A stretch of 64,000 nt of DNA from contig JBJEGC010000012.1 in assembly GCA_051874695.1 (NCBI GenBank), positions 328-64,327 of the forward strand, read 5' to 3'. Below are positions 9,841 to 18,145 of the stretch, in pieces. Position numbers and translations under genes: made by a program. The notes beneath the pieces are model-generated. The model saw only the letters and a program-made list of their open reading frames with translations, was not told where the DNA came from and ran no database searches. Positions within the stretch are counted from its first letter, which is position 1; each line of letters starts with the position of its first letter. This DNA is from Candidatus Bruticola sp. Its GTDB lineage: Bacteria; Vulcanimicrobiota; Xenobia; Xenobiales; Xenobiaceae.

Positions 9841-9882
9841 CAAGGGCCAGCTATATTAGGCTTGGCCCTTGTTTTTTTTGGG
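9841..9882 (+). terminator. rho-independent terminator
   Basis: CAAGGGCCAG-ctatattaggctt-GGCCCTTG followed by TTTTTTTT. Confidence 0.6.
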
Positions 9883-9892
9883 TTATTGGCGG

Positions 9893-11371
9893 TTAGCAAT
9901 GTGTGTGCACACGGCGATATGTTTCACAGAGCTGAGAGCTAGGAGAAGCATTAAGATATTTTTTCATATTTTTTCTAAATACGTTAAAGGTTTGTATAGC
10001 CAGTTGTGGCTGGCATGCGGCTGCATAAGCACACATTAAAATTTGAACGCACTGTTCATTGAGAGGATCAAGAGAAGCTGCCTGCGAGGCAGTTTCAATT
10101 GCTGCTGACCAATCTTTTTGGCTGTATTCATGCTTAGCTAATTCAAGTAGGGCCTGTTGTGAAATGTAGTCGAGTCTTACTCTTTTCATTTCTGCCCATT
10201 CCATAGAACATTGGCACAAAAAATGCCCCTGGCTCAGTTTCTTGATAGAAATAAGGTGTTGAAGCAGCTTTTGCGATCGATATTCTGACCAATGCTGTTC
10301 CAATACGAGCCAATCTGCTTCTATATGAAGTTTAGAATTGAGCGCTAGTGAAGCTGAACTGCGTATTATGGGTATGAAATTGGGACAGACCTGACGAAAG
10401 ATTTTTTTTATGACAGATACGGCTTTCCAAAGATTTGTCTGCCCACCGCTGTCTGGCCAAAACTCTTCAATAAGTTGATCTGCACTGAAGTCAGTATGGC
10501 TGCTTGCCAAGCGCAGAAAAAGATATTTGATTTTTTGAGTTACCCACATTTTGTCGTCAATGGGTTGACCGTTCAAGCTGATACGGCATTGACCTAAGAG
10601 GGACAACTCAAGCTTGGGGAGTTTCTGTTCAGAAGCTCCTGGCAGATCTTGGACCGATGACATGGAAGAAATTATTATTTGGCGGGCTAAAGCAAATTTT
10701 GGATGGAAGTAATTCTGCGTAAAACTGCCTTCCCAAAGCTCTTTATCTGGTAGAGCGAAATCATTATTTTGCTCCCATTTCAGGGTACGCAAAACAGCAT
10801 TAATTTCAATTTCTTGTACGGTAGGAGCATCGAGCCCGGCTTGTATGGCCAAACGTTTAGCTACTGAACTAATATGTTGGGCTGTCTTAATGACTTGGGT
10901 GGAAAGTTCACCCTTACAGAAACTACCGAGCAGAGTTTTGATAGACCACGAGTGCAAGGCCTGCAGGCGCAGATTGTACTCGCAATTTTGTCGGTAGCGA
11001 ATGTTTTGTCTTATTAAACAGAATACTACTGCTAAAAAAGTTTTCAGTTCGAAGGGTTGACGCAGACAATCTGTCGTACCCGGATGGAGGGCTCTGATCG
11101 AATCTTCCTCACTGGCATTTCTGGTTATAACCAGAACCGCCGCCTCTCTGAGATGACTTTGTACCGTTAAGACGGGCAGCAAGGCCTCGGGATTGTCAGT
11201 ACAAGTATCTAGCACAATTAGATCGAATGATTTACGCGAGGAGATCGCGACAGCGTATTCCCCCCTGGACGCAGCCGTCACCTCAAACCCTTCGTCTTGA
11301 AGAGCGCGGCTGAGCATATTTCTCAGGGAAGCGTCATCTTCAAGCACCAGGATTCGTGCTGTCTTGATCAC
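9893..11371 (-). CDS. response regulator with receiver domain, winged-helix and BTAD (SARP-like) C-terminal domain
   Basis: The N-terminal ILVLEDD...FDLIVLD is a CheY-like REC. The middle region resembles an OmpR-type winged helix (LSLLGQCRISLNGQPI...LWKA). The C-terminal ...DWSAAIETASQAASLDPLNEQCVQILMCAYAAACQPQLAIQTF is BTAD-like, as in AfsR/DnrI. Confidence 0.65.
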   Translation of the reverse strand: MIKTARILVLEDDASLRNMLSRALQDEGFEVTAASRGEYAVAISSRKSFDLIVLDTCTDNPEALLPVLTVQSHLREAAVLVITRNASEEDSIRALHPGTTDCLRQPFELKTFLAVVFCLIRQNIRYRQNCEYNLRLQALHSWSIKTLLGSFCKGELSTQVIKTAQHISSVAKRLAIQAGLDAPTVQEIEINAVLRTLKWEQNNDFALPDKELWEGSFTQNYFHPKFALARQIIISSMSSVQDLPGASEQKLPKLELSLLGQCRISLNGQPIDDKMWVTQKIKYLFLRLASSHTDFSADQLIEEFWPDSGGQTNLWKAVSVIKKIFRQVCPNFIPIIRSSASLALNSKLHIEADWLVLEQHWSEYRSQKLLQHLISIKKLSQGHFLCQCSMEWAEMKRVRLDYISQQALLELAKHEYSQKDWSAAIETASQAASLDPLNEQCVQILMCAYAAACQPQLAIQTFNVFRKNMKKYLNASPSSQLCETYRRVHTHC

Positions 11372-11502
11372 GCTTCCCTAATTAGCTATTAGAAGTAATT
11401 TTTTCCTGCTTGCATACGATGGTTAAATTTCCAATTTATTTCAGCTTCAAGTAGTATAAACAATTTGTACAGGAAACTGTTTTGTTAGGGGGAGGGAAAA
11501 GT

Positions 11503-11883
11503 ATGCCGAATTTTTTACCTATTTTGTTAGAGAAAGCTAGGACCCGCACGTTGTCACCGCGAGAATTTTCTGTGCGTTGGCACTCGATACGCCGAGGAAT
11601 CAATGAACGATGTGCTTGTGTTAGGCGTGAGTTTGAAGATATGAGGCAGCGCGCTTCCGGACGCGTGTCTAAAGGGCGGGTTGATCGTATTTTGCGAGGA
11701 GTAAGCGAAAAAGAAATTGAGTACTGGCAGTTAGTTATTTTTTGCATAGAAAATTGGTTAGAGCGCAGTGGGAGCACAGCTTATTTGTTGCAGGCTCAAG
11801 AGTCGTTCGCTATAGTAGAAAAACTTTGCAGTAAAAGGGTGAAAGCTTTGAAAGCCGTTTGGGAAGGCGAATTCATTCGTTAG
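11503..11883 (+). CDS. hypothetical protein (first gene of the pseudopilin operon)
   Basis: ATG is preceded by GGGGGAGGG, 7 nt upstream. Basic protein of 126 aa. An overlapping minus-strand ORF has no RBS. Confidence 0.4.
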   Translation: MPNFLPILLEKARTRTLSPREFSVRWHSIRRGINERCACVRREFEDMRQRASGRVSKGRVDRILRGVSEKEIEYWQLVIFCIENWLERSGSTAYLLQAQESFAIVEKLCSKRVKALKAVWEGEFIR

Positions 11884-11898
11884 CAAGCTGAGCTGTCT

Positions 11899-12525
11899 TT
11901 GAGCTATATATGCCAAATTGGGGGGTCAAAATTGAATAACCATTCTGATTCGGTTTGGAAAGTTCTCTCAACGTTGTCATTGCGCTGTTTAAATGCGCAC
12001 AAATTAGCAGAAATCAGACATACTGGTCTGACTTTGCTTAAAAAAGAACGTGGCGGCAGTGCCATCATTATGTCAATATTTATTATTACTATTATGATGA
12101 TTTTAGCCGCCACCTACCTGATGTCTCTGCAAACCGAGCGCCATTTTTCTGCAGTTCAGGAGCGCCGTCTGCAAGCCTGGTATTTAGCTGAATCGGGGCG
12201 AGATTATTTCCTCAATTACTGTAGTATTGGTTCTGCCGATACTTTATTGGCTGCACCGGGCAACACTTTAAAAGCGACGCAACCTGGTGAACATGGGGAG
12301 CTTATTTTAGCTAAAGTTTGCGTGCCAGAGTATTCTGCTAATTATTACTTTGAAATATCTTCACTTAAACCAAATGTTATTTGTGTGAGGGGAGTTGTTT
12401 ACGACACATTAAGCAGCAGTGGCCAGCCTGCCTGTTTAGAGAAAAAAATCTATTTGACTGGCAGTTTTTCAAAGGGGTGGGGAAATGCTTTCTACGATAA
12501 ATTGGCTGAGGAAAACGAAATATAA
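11899..12525 (+). CDS. minor pseudopilin-like protein (PilX_N / GspK-like hydrophobic N-segment); start uncertain
   Basis: ERGGSAIIMSIFIITIMMILAATYLMSLQTE resembles PilX/GspK N-termini (QRG-ALIV...). Annotated TTG start; alternative starts at about 11932 or 12070. Confidence 0.5.
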   Translation: MSYICQIGGSKLNNHSDSVWKVLSTLSLRCLNAHKLAEIRHTGLTLLKKERGGSAIIMSIFIITIMMILAATYLMSLQTERHFSAVQERRLQAWYLAESGRDYFLNYCSIGSADTLLAAPGNTLKATQPGEHGELILAKVCVPEYSANYYFEISSLKPNVICVRGVVYDTLSSSGQPACLEKKIYLTGSFSKGWGNAFYDKLAEENEI

Positions 12526-13162
12526 TCAGCGCGGAGTCACTATCATTGAGTTGTTGATTTGCTGCGCTTTAACGGTAACTTTTTTAGGTTTGGTAGGGCG
12601 ATTAGCTTCGGCGGCAGCTGAAAATTACAAGCATAGCGAAAAAGGAATGAGGGCCATGCGCTCGGCAGCCTTAAGTGCGGAAAACATGAGCTGCGATTTG
12701 CGTTTATGTCAGAGTATTCTATGGCCCAAGGTAAGCTCTGAAAAGTGGCTCCAAGGATATTCTGTGAAAGGTGATAGTCAGGTCGCCTTCAAGTTCATTT
12801 TTAGACAATCTCCTCCGGTAGGCGGTGCGCCATCCATAATCGGTTACCATTGGGATTCGGTCAGTCGGGAACTGACTAAATGTATCTATCGCCCTAATTT
12901 TAATCCGCAGGCGAGCAATTTGAACGACTCCGGACAGATCATTTCTCAAAAAATTTTAGCACGCGATCTGTCAGCTATTTCCATTAATTCGGTAAACTGT
13001 CGTCTGCGCGGAGGAGCACAATTTTTAGAACTGAGCTTAACTGTTTCATTTAATGAACTAGATCGGGGGCTTCGCAAACTAAATAATATTTCAACTCAGC
13101 CTCCTGAACTGTTCAAGAGTATTTATACACAGTTCGAAATCAGGGAGGGGGCGTCTTTATGA
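12485..13162 (+). CDS. type IV pilin-like / T2SS pseudopilin (prepilin N-terminal cleavage/methylation motif)
   Basis: QRG|VTIIELLICCALTVTFLGLVG is a canonical G|xTxxE prepilin leader plus hydrophobic helix. Overlaps the upstream gene. Confidence 0.65.
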   Translation: MLSTINWLRKTKYNQRGVTIIELLICCALTVTFLGLVGRLASAAAENYKHSEKGMRAMRSAALSAENMSCDLRLCQSILWPKVSSEKWLQGYSVKGDSQVAFKFIFRQSPPVGGAPSIIGYHWDSVSRELTKCIYRPNFNPQASNLNDSGQIISQKILARDLSAISINSVNCRLRGGAQFLELSLTVSFNELDRGLRKLNNISTQPPELFKSIYTQFEIREGASL

Positions 13163-14424
13163 AAAGACAAGGTCAGTTTGCTTATACGCTTATAGAGCTA
13201 ATGGTCGGTCTGTTTCTGATTTTTTCTGCTGCCAGTTGCTTATTTAGCACTTACGCTTTTGGAACTAAAGCTAATTTAGGCACCGATCGCTTCACTACAG
13301 CTATAAATTTAGGACAGGCCAAAATGGAAGAGCTGCAAAGCCGTCCCTATACATCTCTGCCTGATCGACAGCAGGGTAAATTCGCCCAACCTTACCAGAA
13401 TTACAGTTGGAGTGCCGATCTTTCGGATTTTAGTGAAGACTTCGCTTTGCTCACTCTTTACACCGGTTATAACGGGGCACCTCTATGTACTCTGCGTCGT
13501 TTGTTGGCTAAAGACTGCCCGTCTTCAATTTCTGCTCACATTTACGATAGTGAGGCGTCCTTTACCGATCGAACTTTTAGTTCTCCTTTTGGTAAATATA
13601 ATTTTTGGCTAACTCGTTCTGTCGAGCAGAAACTTGTAGGCAGTTTTCCCAAAGGAGAAATGGGAGCCATGTGCGGTTATCCCGCGCAAGGTATTGTCTG
13701 GCTGGCATATTTGCGCCAGCCTAAGCTGTGTCGGCTTATATTTGATGGCGACGGCAATCATATAGGAACTAAATTGGTTAATGTGCCTAAGCTGACTTAC
13801 GGATACGAAGCTGATATTGTCGATATGGCCGCCGATCAAATGGGGTGCTTTGTGTTTTGTGCCGATAGGGCTAATCAGTCAGTGTGGGTTCTAGATGATT
13901 CTCAGAATCAGGGACAGGTTTCATGGAGCAACGGTAGGTGTTTAACTAGTCGACTCAATCCTCTAAAAGATTTGCGATCTATTGCCTGCGATCAATATGG
14001 GACTTCTGCCTGGATCTGTGAGGGGCAGCCTCGTCGCTTGCGTCAATTCTATTGGGGCAGTTTACCCAAAAGTTTTGAGGAAAAAATCAATAATTATGCA
14101 GCTTGGGGGAGTTGTTTTGAGGTGCCTTTTTCCGGTTCTGGTCGCCTTCACAGTGTGGCCGTCAATAGTTGGGGATCGGCGGTCTATACCATCGACAACA
14201 ATTTTCTATATGGCTTGCTTTTTCAGGAGTGTAGCGGCCTTGGACAGTGGTCTAAAACACCTATGCCGTCTGAATTATGCCGTTCCGCTCCCAGAGCCCT
14301 GTGGGTCGATCCCGGCAGCAGCATAATTTATATCAATACTTTGTACGGAGGACAATGGGCTGCTAAACCACTCACTGATGGTTCTCTATCTCCGTCTTGT
14401 TTCAGCAAACTTAGTTGGAGGTAG
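13159..14424 (+). CDS. large pseudopilin-like protein with non-canonical prepilin N-terminus
   Basis: MKRQGQFAYTLIELMVGLFLIFSAAS looks like a GspI/PilV N-terminus, but with spacing G-Q-F-A-Y-T-L-I-E. ATGA-type start/stop overlap with the upstream gene. Confidence 0.55.
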   Translation: MKRQGQFAYTLIELMVGLFLIFSAASCLFSTYAFGTKANLGTDRFTTAINLGQAKMEELQSRPYTSLPDRQQGKFAQPYQNYSWSADLSDFSEDFALLTLYTGYNGAPLCTLRRLLAKDCPSSISAHIYDSEASFTDRTFSSPFGKYNFWLTRSVEQKLVGSFPKGEMGAMCGYPAQGIVWLAYLRQPKLCRLIFDGDGNHIGTKLVNVPKLTYGYEADIVDMAADQMGCFVFCADRANQSVWVLDDSQNQGQVSWSNGRCLTSRLNPLKDLRSIACDQYGTSAWICEGQPRRLRQFYWGSLPKSFEEKINNYAAWGSCFEVPFSGSGRLHSVAVNSWGSAVYTIDNNFLYGLLFQECSGLGQWSKTPMPSELCRSAPRALWVDPGSSIIYINTLYGGQWAAKPLTDGSLSPSCFSKLSWR

Positions 14425-15455
14425 TGTCTATGGAAAAAATATTTTTATATCGCCAGCTAGGTGTTATGTTAGGTTCAGGAGTTCCCATTGTTAAAGCCTT
14501 GGAGTCTGCTGCCGGGTGTTGCAAATATTATAAAGATAAGCAAGTTTGGTATGAAGCTGCCGAAGCGGTCAGTCGCGGAGAAAATCTGACTCAAGTTTGG
14601 AGTTCAAACCCTAACTATTTTGAAATGATAGAAACTGGCCTTATTAGAGCAGGGGAAGCTTCTTGTTCAGTAGCCGAAATATGTCTGTACATTTCAGAGT
14701 TTTTTTCATTTGAGCTGCATATGAAGCGGCGATTAAGGGGAGCTCTTCAGTATCCTTGTGTAGTTTGCTTCAGTTTTATTGTGCTGAGTATTATGATGTC
14801 ACTCTATATTGTACCTTCATTTTCTCCGGTATTTGCCGCTCTGACCGATTTGCCCTGGTCTACATCTGTTTTACTGCTTTTTATCAATTTGCTAAAAAGT
14901 CCGCTATTCTGGATTTTGATTGGAACTGCTATTTTAGGATTTTGGGTATTTTTTAAGTTTTACCGCCGGTTTGCTTTGGTCCGGCGCCAGTGGCAGCTGC
15001 TTGTTTTGACTACTCCGCTGCTGGGTAAAATAGTCAAAAATATTGTAACAGCTCGTTTTTGCCACACTATGTCTATGTTGGTGCGCAGTGGCCTGCCCTT
15101 AAACAATTCATTACAGATTGCCGGACTGTCTTTAGCCAACTATCCTTTGGCTGCAGCTTTAGAACTAGCTGCTGCGGAAATAGATGAAGGTTCGGAATTG
15201 AGCCAAGCGTTGCAGGCAGGAGGTTACTTTTCGTTATCATTTATAGCTGCTTTGAACGTAGGATCGGAATCAAGTTGCCTTGACTGCGTTTTTGAGCGTC
15301 TCAGCCGCTCTTATAATGAGCAGGTAAAGTTAGATATTGAGAAATTGTCAGTATATATAGAGCCTGTAATGATAGCCGTTATGGGAGTCGCCACAGCCGC
15401 AGTACTTTTCGCTTTATTTGCACCTCTTTATGAGTACATTAATAGGCTGACTTAA
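14415..15455 (+). CDS. type II secretion / type IV pilus platform protein GspF/PilC family
   Basis: Two T2SSF-type repeats (FLYRQLGVMLGSGVPIVKALE...; ...TARFCHTMSMLVRSGLPLNNSLQIAG...) and three hydrophobic helices. 10-nt overlap with the upstream gene. Confidence 0.8.
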   Translation: MEVVSMEKIFLYRQLGVMLGSGVPIVKALESAAGCCKYYKDKQVWYEAAEAVSRGENLTQVWSSNPNYFEMIETGLIRAGEASCSVAEICLYISEFFSFELHMKRRLRGALQYPCVVCFSFIVLSIMMSLYIVPSFSPVFAALTDLPWSTSVLLLFINLLKSPLFWILIGTAILGFWVFFKFYRRFALVRRQWQLLVLTTPLLGKIVKNIVTARFCHTMSMLVRSGLPLNNSLQIAGLSLANYPLAAALELAAAEIDEGSELSQALQAGGYFSLSFIAALNVGSESSCLDCVFERLSRSYNEQVKLDIEKLSVYIEPVMIAVMGVATAAVLFALFAPLYEYINRLT

Positions 15456-15481
15456 AGATAATTTTAAGGGGGAGGGAATGG

Positions 15482-16531
15482 ATGTCAGATAAACCTTTCA
15501 TTATTCTTTGCGATCAAGATTCTGCTATCGGAGACTTACTTTTTTGCACTTTGCAAAAATTAGCGGGGAGAATAAGCCGTCTTAGAGGGCGCTCTTCACT
15601 TCTGGCGGCTGAGTTGTTAGAGCGGCGTGCAGACTTGTTAATAGTAAACGGCACTGCTAAGGTCGGCGAATTGCTGCATATTATGCGTTGCTGTAAGGCA
15701 AAATATCCCGATCAAAAACAAATTTTTATTACTGCTGTTTTTGAAGGCTATGAAGAAGAGCTGAAAGCAACTCAATTGGACGGTTTAATTTTTAAACCGT
15801 TTAAGATTAACCAACTAAATGATATGGTAGCAGGTTTGCTTCCTAGCCTTAATAGAGCAAATCAGCAGGTCTCTGTCGATGTTATTAGCCGAATTGAACA
15901 ATTGAGCAAAATAAAAATAGCGGTTGTCATGCAATACTTGAAGTCTTGGTTAACCACACTACAAACTGTTTGGCACAACTTCAGTCTTAGAGAACTTGAA
16001 AATGAACGCCTTATAACTTTAAAAACTGTTTATCGTTTTTGTTTGTCCAAGTTTTCTAGCTACCGGTTTGCTTTAAAATTGTGGCATTATTTAGAGTTTT
16101 TGGAGCGTCATTATCTGCTTATCAAGGGAGGAGCCGATGTCGAGCGGGAGGCGCTAAAGTTCCATTACACTATGTTAAAGAGCAAACTGGAGAGAGGAAT
16201 GCAGGGCAAGTTTATCTCTATGGGTGAAGGAGACGGATTCGGGCCTAAGCTCGATCTTGTCCAATTCGGTCAGTTTTATGAGCGCTTGCGCCGTCAAGAA
16301 GTTAGCTTCGGCTGCTTTCGTTTAGCCGCTCAGGCTAGGCTGGTGCGATGGGCTTGTGATCGGCCTCCTATGAATGAGCTAAAATATTGGGCTCAAGGAC
16401 GTCGCTGTTTAGAGCGTCACAGACATTTATCCTACAAAGCCAGTGTAGCTGAAGCCGAAGCTGAGCTGAAGTTTTTGGCTGCTGCGAGTGAGCCGGGGCT
16501 ACAGGAGGTATTCAGCCAAGTTTGGGGATAA
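15482..16531 (+). CDS. receiver-like (pseudo-receiver) domain protein of unknown function
   Basis: The N-terminus IILCDQD...ADLLIVNG...IFITA...LIFKPF follows the CheY fold pattern, but has N where the phospho-acceptor Asp is expected. GGGGGAGGG RBS. C-terminal domain unknown. Confidence 0.5.
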   Translation: MSDKPFIILCDQDSAIGDLLFCTLQKLAGRISRLRGRSSLLAAELLERRADLLIVNGTAKVGELLHIMRCCKAKYPDQKQIFITAVFEGYEEELKATQLDGLIFKPFKINQLNDMVAGLLPSLNRANQQVSVDVISRIEQLSKIKIAVVMQYLKSWLTTLQTVWHNFSLRELENERLITLKTVYRFCLSKFSSYRFALKLWHYLEFLERHYLLIKGGADVEREALKFHYTMLKSKLERGMQGKFISMGEGDGFGPKLDLVQFGQFYERLRRQEVSFGCFRLAAQARLVRWACDRPPMNELKYWAQGRRCLERHRHLSYKASVAEAEAELKFLAAASEPGLQEVFSQVWG

Positions 16532-16561
16532 AGATGGCCTGGTAGTTTTGACTTACAATAA

Positions 16562-16632
16562 AAGAACGAGCCGACACACAAACAACCTTCATATTGGTAT
16601 ATCGGTGCTCATCGGCTCGTTCTTATTTTTTG
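16562..16632. terminator. bidirectional hairpin terminator between convergent genes
   Basis: AAGAACGAGCCGA...TCGGCTCGTTCTT 13-bp stem with a large loop, followed by TATTTTTTGG on the plus strand and TTTTATTG on the minus strand. Confidence 0.45.
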
Positions 16633-16642
16633 GTTGCACTAT

Positions 16643-17023
16643 TTAGGCGCCGCCAAATATTTTTCCCAAACGTTTAAAAACGCCGGGCCGTTCTTTCATT
16701 GAAGTTAGTTGTTCTTTACTCACGAACACACCACCGCAATTAGCGCATTTAGGCAACGACATGCCTAATTCTTCTATATTGCTCATGGTCAGATCGAAAC
16801 CACAGCTAGGACATTTCATATAATGAATATTAGCCGTAGACTCTGTTCCTGGTCCATTTTGTTCTGTCTGGGATTTTTGCGCTTCTTGTAGCTTTTTATT
16901 GCGCATCTGCTCCAGCAGCCTTCTTTCGTGTTCTTCCACGCCCTTGATTTTCAGGCCGCTGCTTTTTCCAGCCATTTGTTCCTGAGTTTTACCCTTAGAG
17001 GCAAAATGGTCACTACTACCCAT
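16643..17023 (-). CDS. zinc-ribbon domain protein
   Basis: C-terminal CPSCG...x17...CANCGG four-Cys ribbon. The N-terminus is charged and K/E/Q-rich. Confidence 0.5.
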   Translation of the reverse strand: MGSSDHFASKGKTQEQMAGKSSGLKIKGVEEHERRLLEQMRNKKLQEAQKSQTEQNGPGTESTANIHYMKCPSCGFDLTMSNIEELGMSLPKCANCGGVFVSKEQLTSMKERPGVFKRLGKIFGGA

Positions 17024-17235
17024 CTGCGCTGATGCAACCTCCTACTTGAAGTTTGTGAACAACACTCGCGGCTCCTTCGTGCTTGAAGGTGTTTCCCCTT
17101 CGGATAAGCAAGGGCGTCCAGCAGAGCAGGAGGCCCCAAAAAAGTATAAAATTTTTAGCCGCTGTTTTTTTCAGATGTGCTATTAAGCATCAGTTTGTGC
17201 AGCAAGGAAGCGGCCGACATAGAGGAGCGATGGAA

Positions 17236-18042
17236 ATGAATTTTTGCGGCGAAGAAATACGCGATTGGGTATACGATAATTATCAGGCTGCCTATTGTAT
17301 AGGTACAGGTCTCCTTACGCTTGGAGCTTGGGCCCTATGCCCGAAAAAAATGAGAAAAGCTTCTTTTTTTTGGGGCGCTTACAGTGCAGCTCTTACATTA
17401 GGAGCTTTGCTCGAACCTTGTGTCAACGTCACCTCTTCTCTTTACGGAGAAGTACTGTCTTGCGGCTCACGAAATAGTCGCAAAATAGCCTTGACCTTCG
17501 ATGACGGCCCTCATCCACTGAATACTCCTCAAATTCTTGAAGTTTTGGCTCAGGAAAAGGCGATGGCATCTTTTTTTTGTGTGGGTGCCCATGTGCTTGA
17601 GTATCCAGACCTAGTTAAACGCATAAAAAAAGGTGGTCATTTGCTGGGATCACATAGTTTTTCCCATTGTAATTTTCTGGGATGTACTCCTAGCCGTGCC
17701 CGACAGGAAATTTTTGAAGGAGGATTGGCCCTGGAAACAGTTTTAGGCGAAAAAACTCGCTACTATCGTCCTCCTTACGGCATGCGCTATCCTTGGAACT
17801 TAAAAGATGGCTGCGATCTACGTCAACTAGCGGTGCTTTGGTCTAACTGCCCTCGTGACTGGCAGATGCCCGGGGCTGAAGTAATTGCGCAAAGAGTTAT
17901 TTCTCAGGCTCAGCCTGGCGATATCGTCCTTCTTCACGATGGAGGAGGAGATCGTAGTCAAACTGCTTTGGCTCTGCCCTCTATTATCAGAGGATTACGT
18001 CAGCGCGGCTTTGAGTTGGTAAGAGTCGATCAGCTGCTGTAA
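17236..18042 (+). CDS. polysaccharide deacetylase (NodB-homology domain) family protein
   Basis: LTFDDGPHP, HSFSHC, RPPYG and LLHDGGG are carbohydrate esterase family 4 motifs. The start is set at an ATG 7 nt after GAGGAG; the track ORF extends further upstream. Confidence 0.8.
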   Translation: MNFCGEEIRDWVYDNYQAAYCIGTGLLTLGAWALCPKKMRKASFFWGAYSAALTLGALLEPCVNVTSSLYGEVLSCGSRNSRKIALTFDDGPHPLNTPQILEVLAQEKAMASFFCVGAHVLEYPDLVKRIKKGGHLLGSHSFSHCNFLGCTPSRARQEIFEGGLALETVLGEKTRYYRPPYGMRYPWNLKDGCDLRQLAVLWSNCPRDWQMPGAEVIAQRVISQAQPGDIVLLHDGGGDRSQTALALPSIIRGLRQRGFELVRVDQLL

Positions 18043-18145
18043 TATTTAATTTATCCGTATGTATTTGCTGCTGGTATAGTACTATGTTTATAAGTAAGCT
18101 TAGGAAAGCGAACAAAATTAGGAAGGAAGAGTCTAGTCTGAATAT

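Noticed and set aside
11436-11777. 113-aa minus-strand ORF overlapping the first gene of the pilin operon.
   Set aside because: The plus-strand ORF has a GGGGGAGGG RBS at ideal spacing and operon context; the minus ORF has neither.
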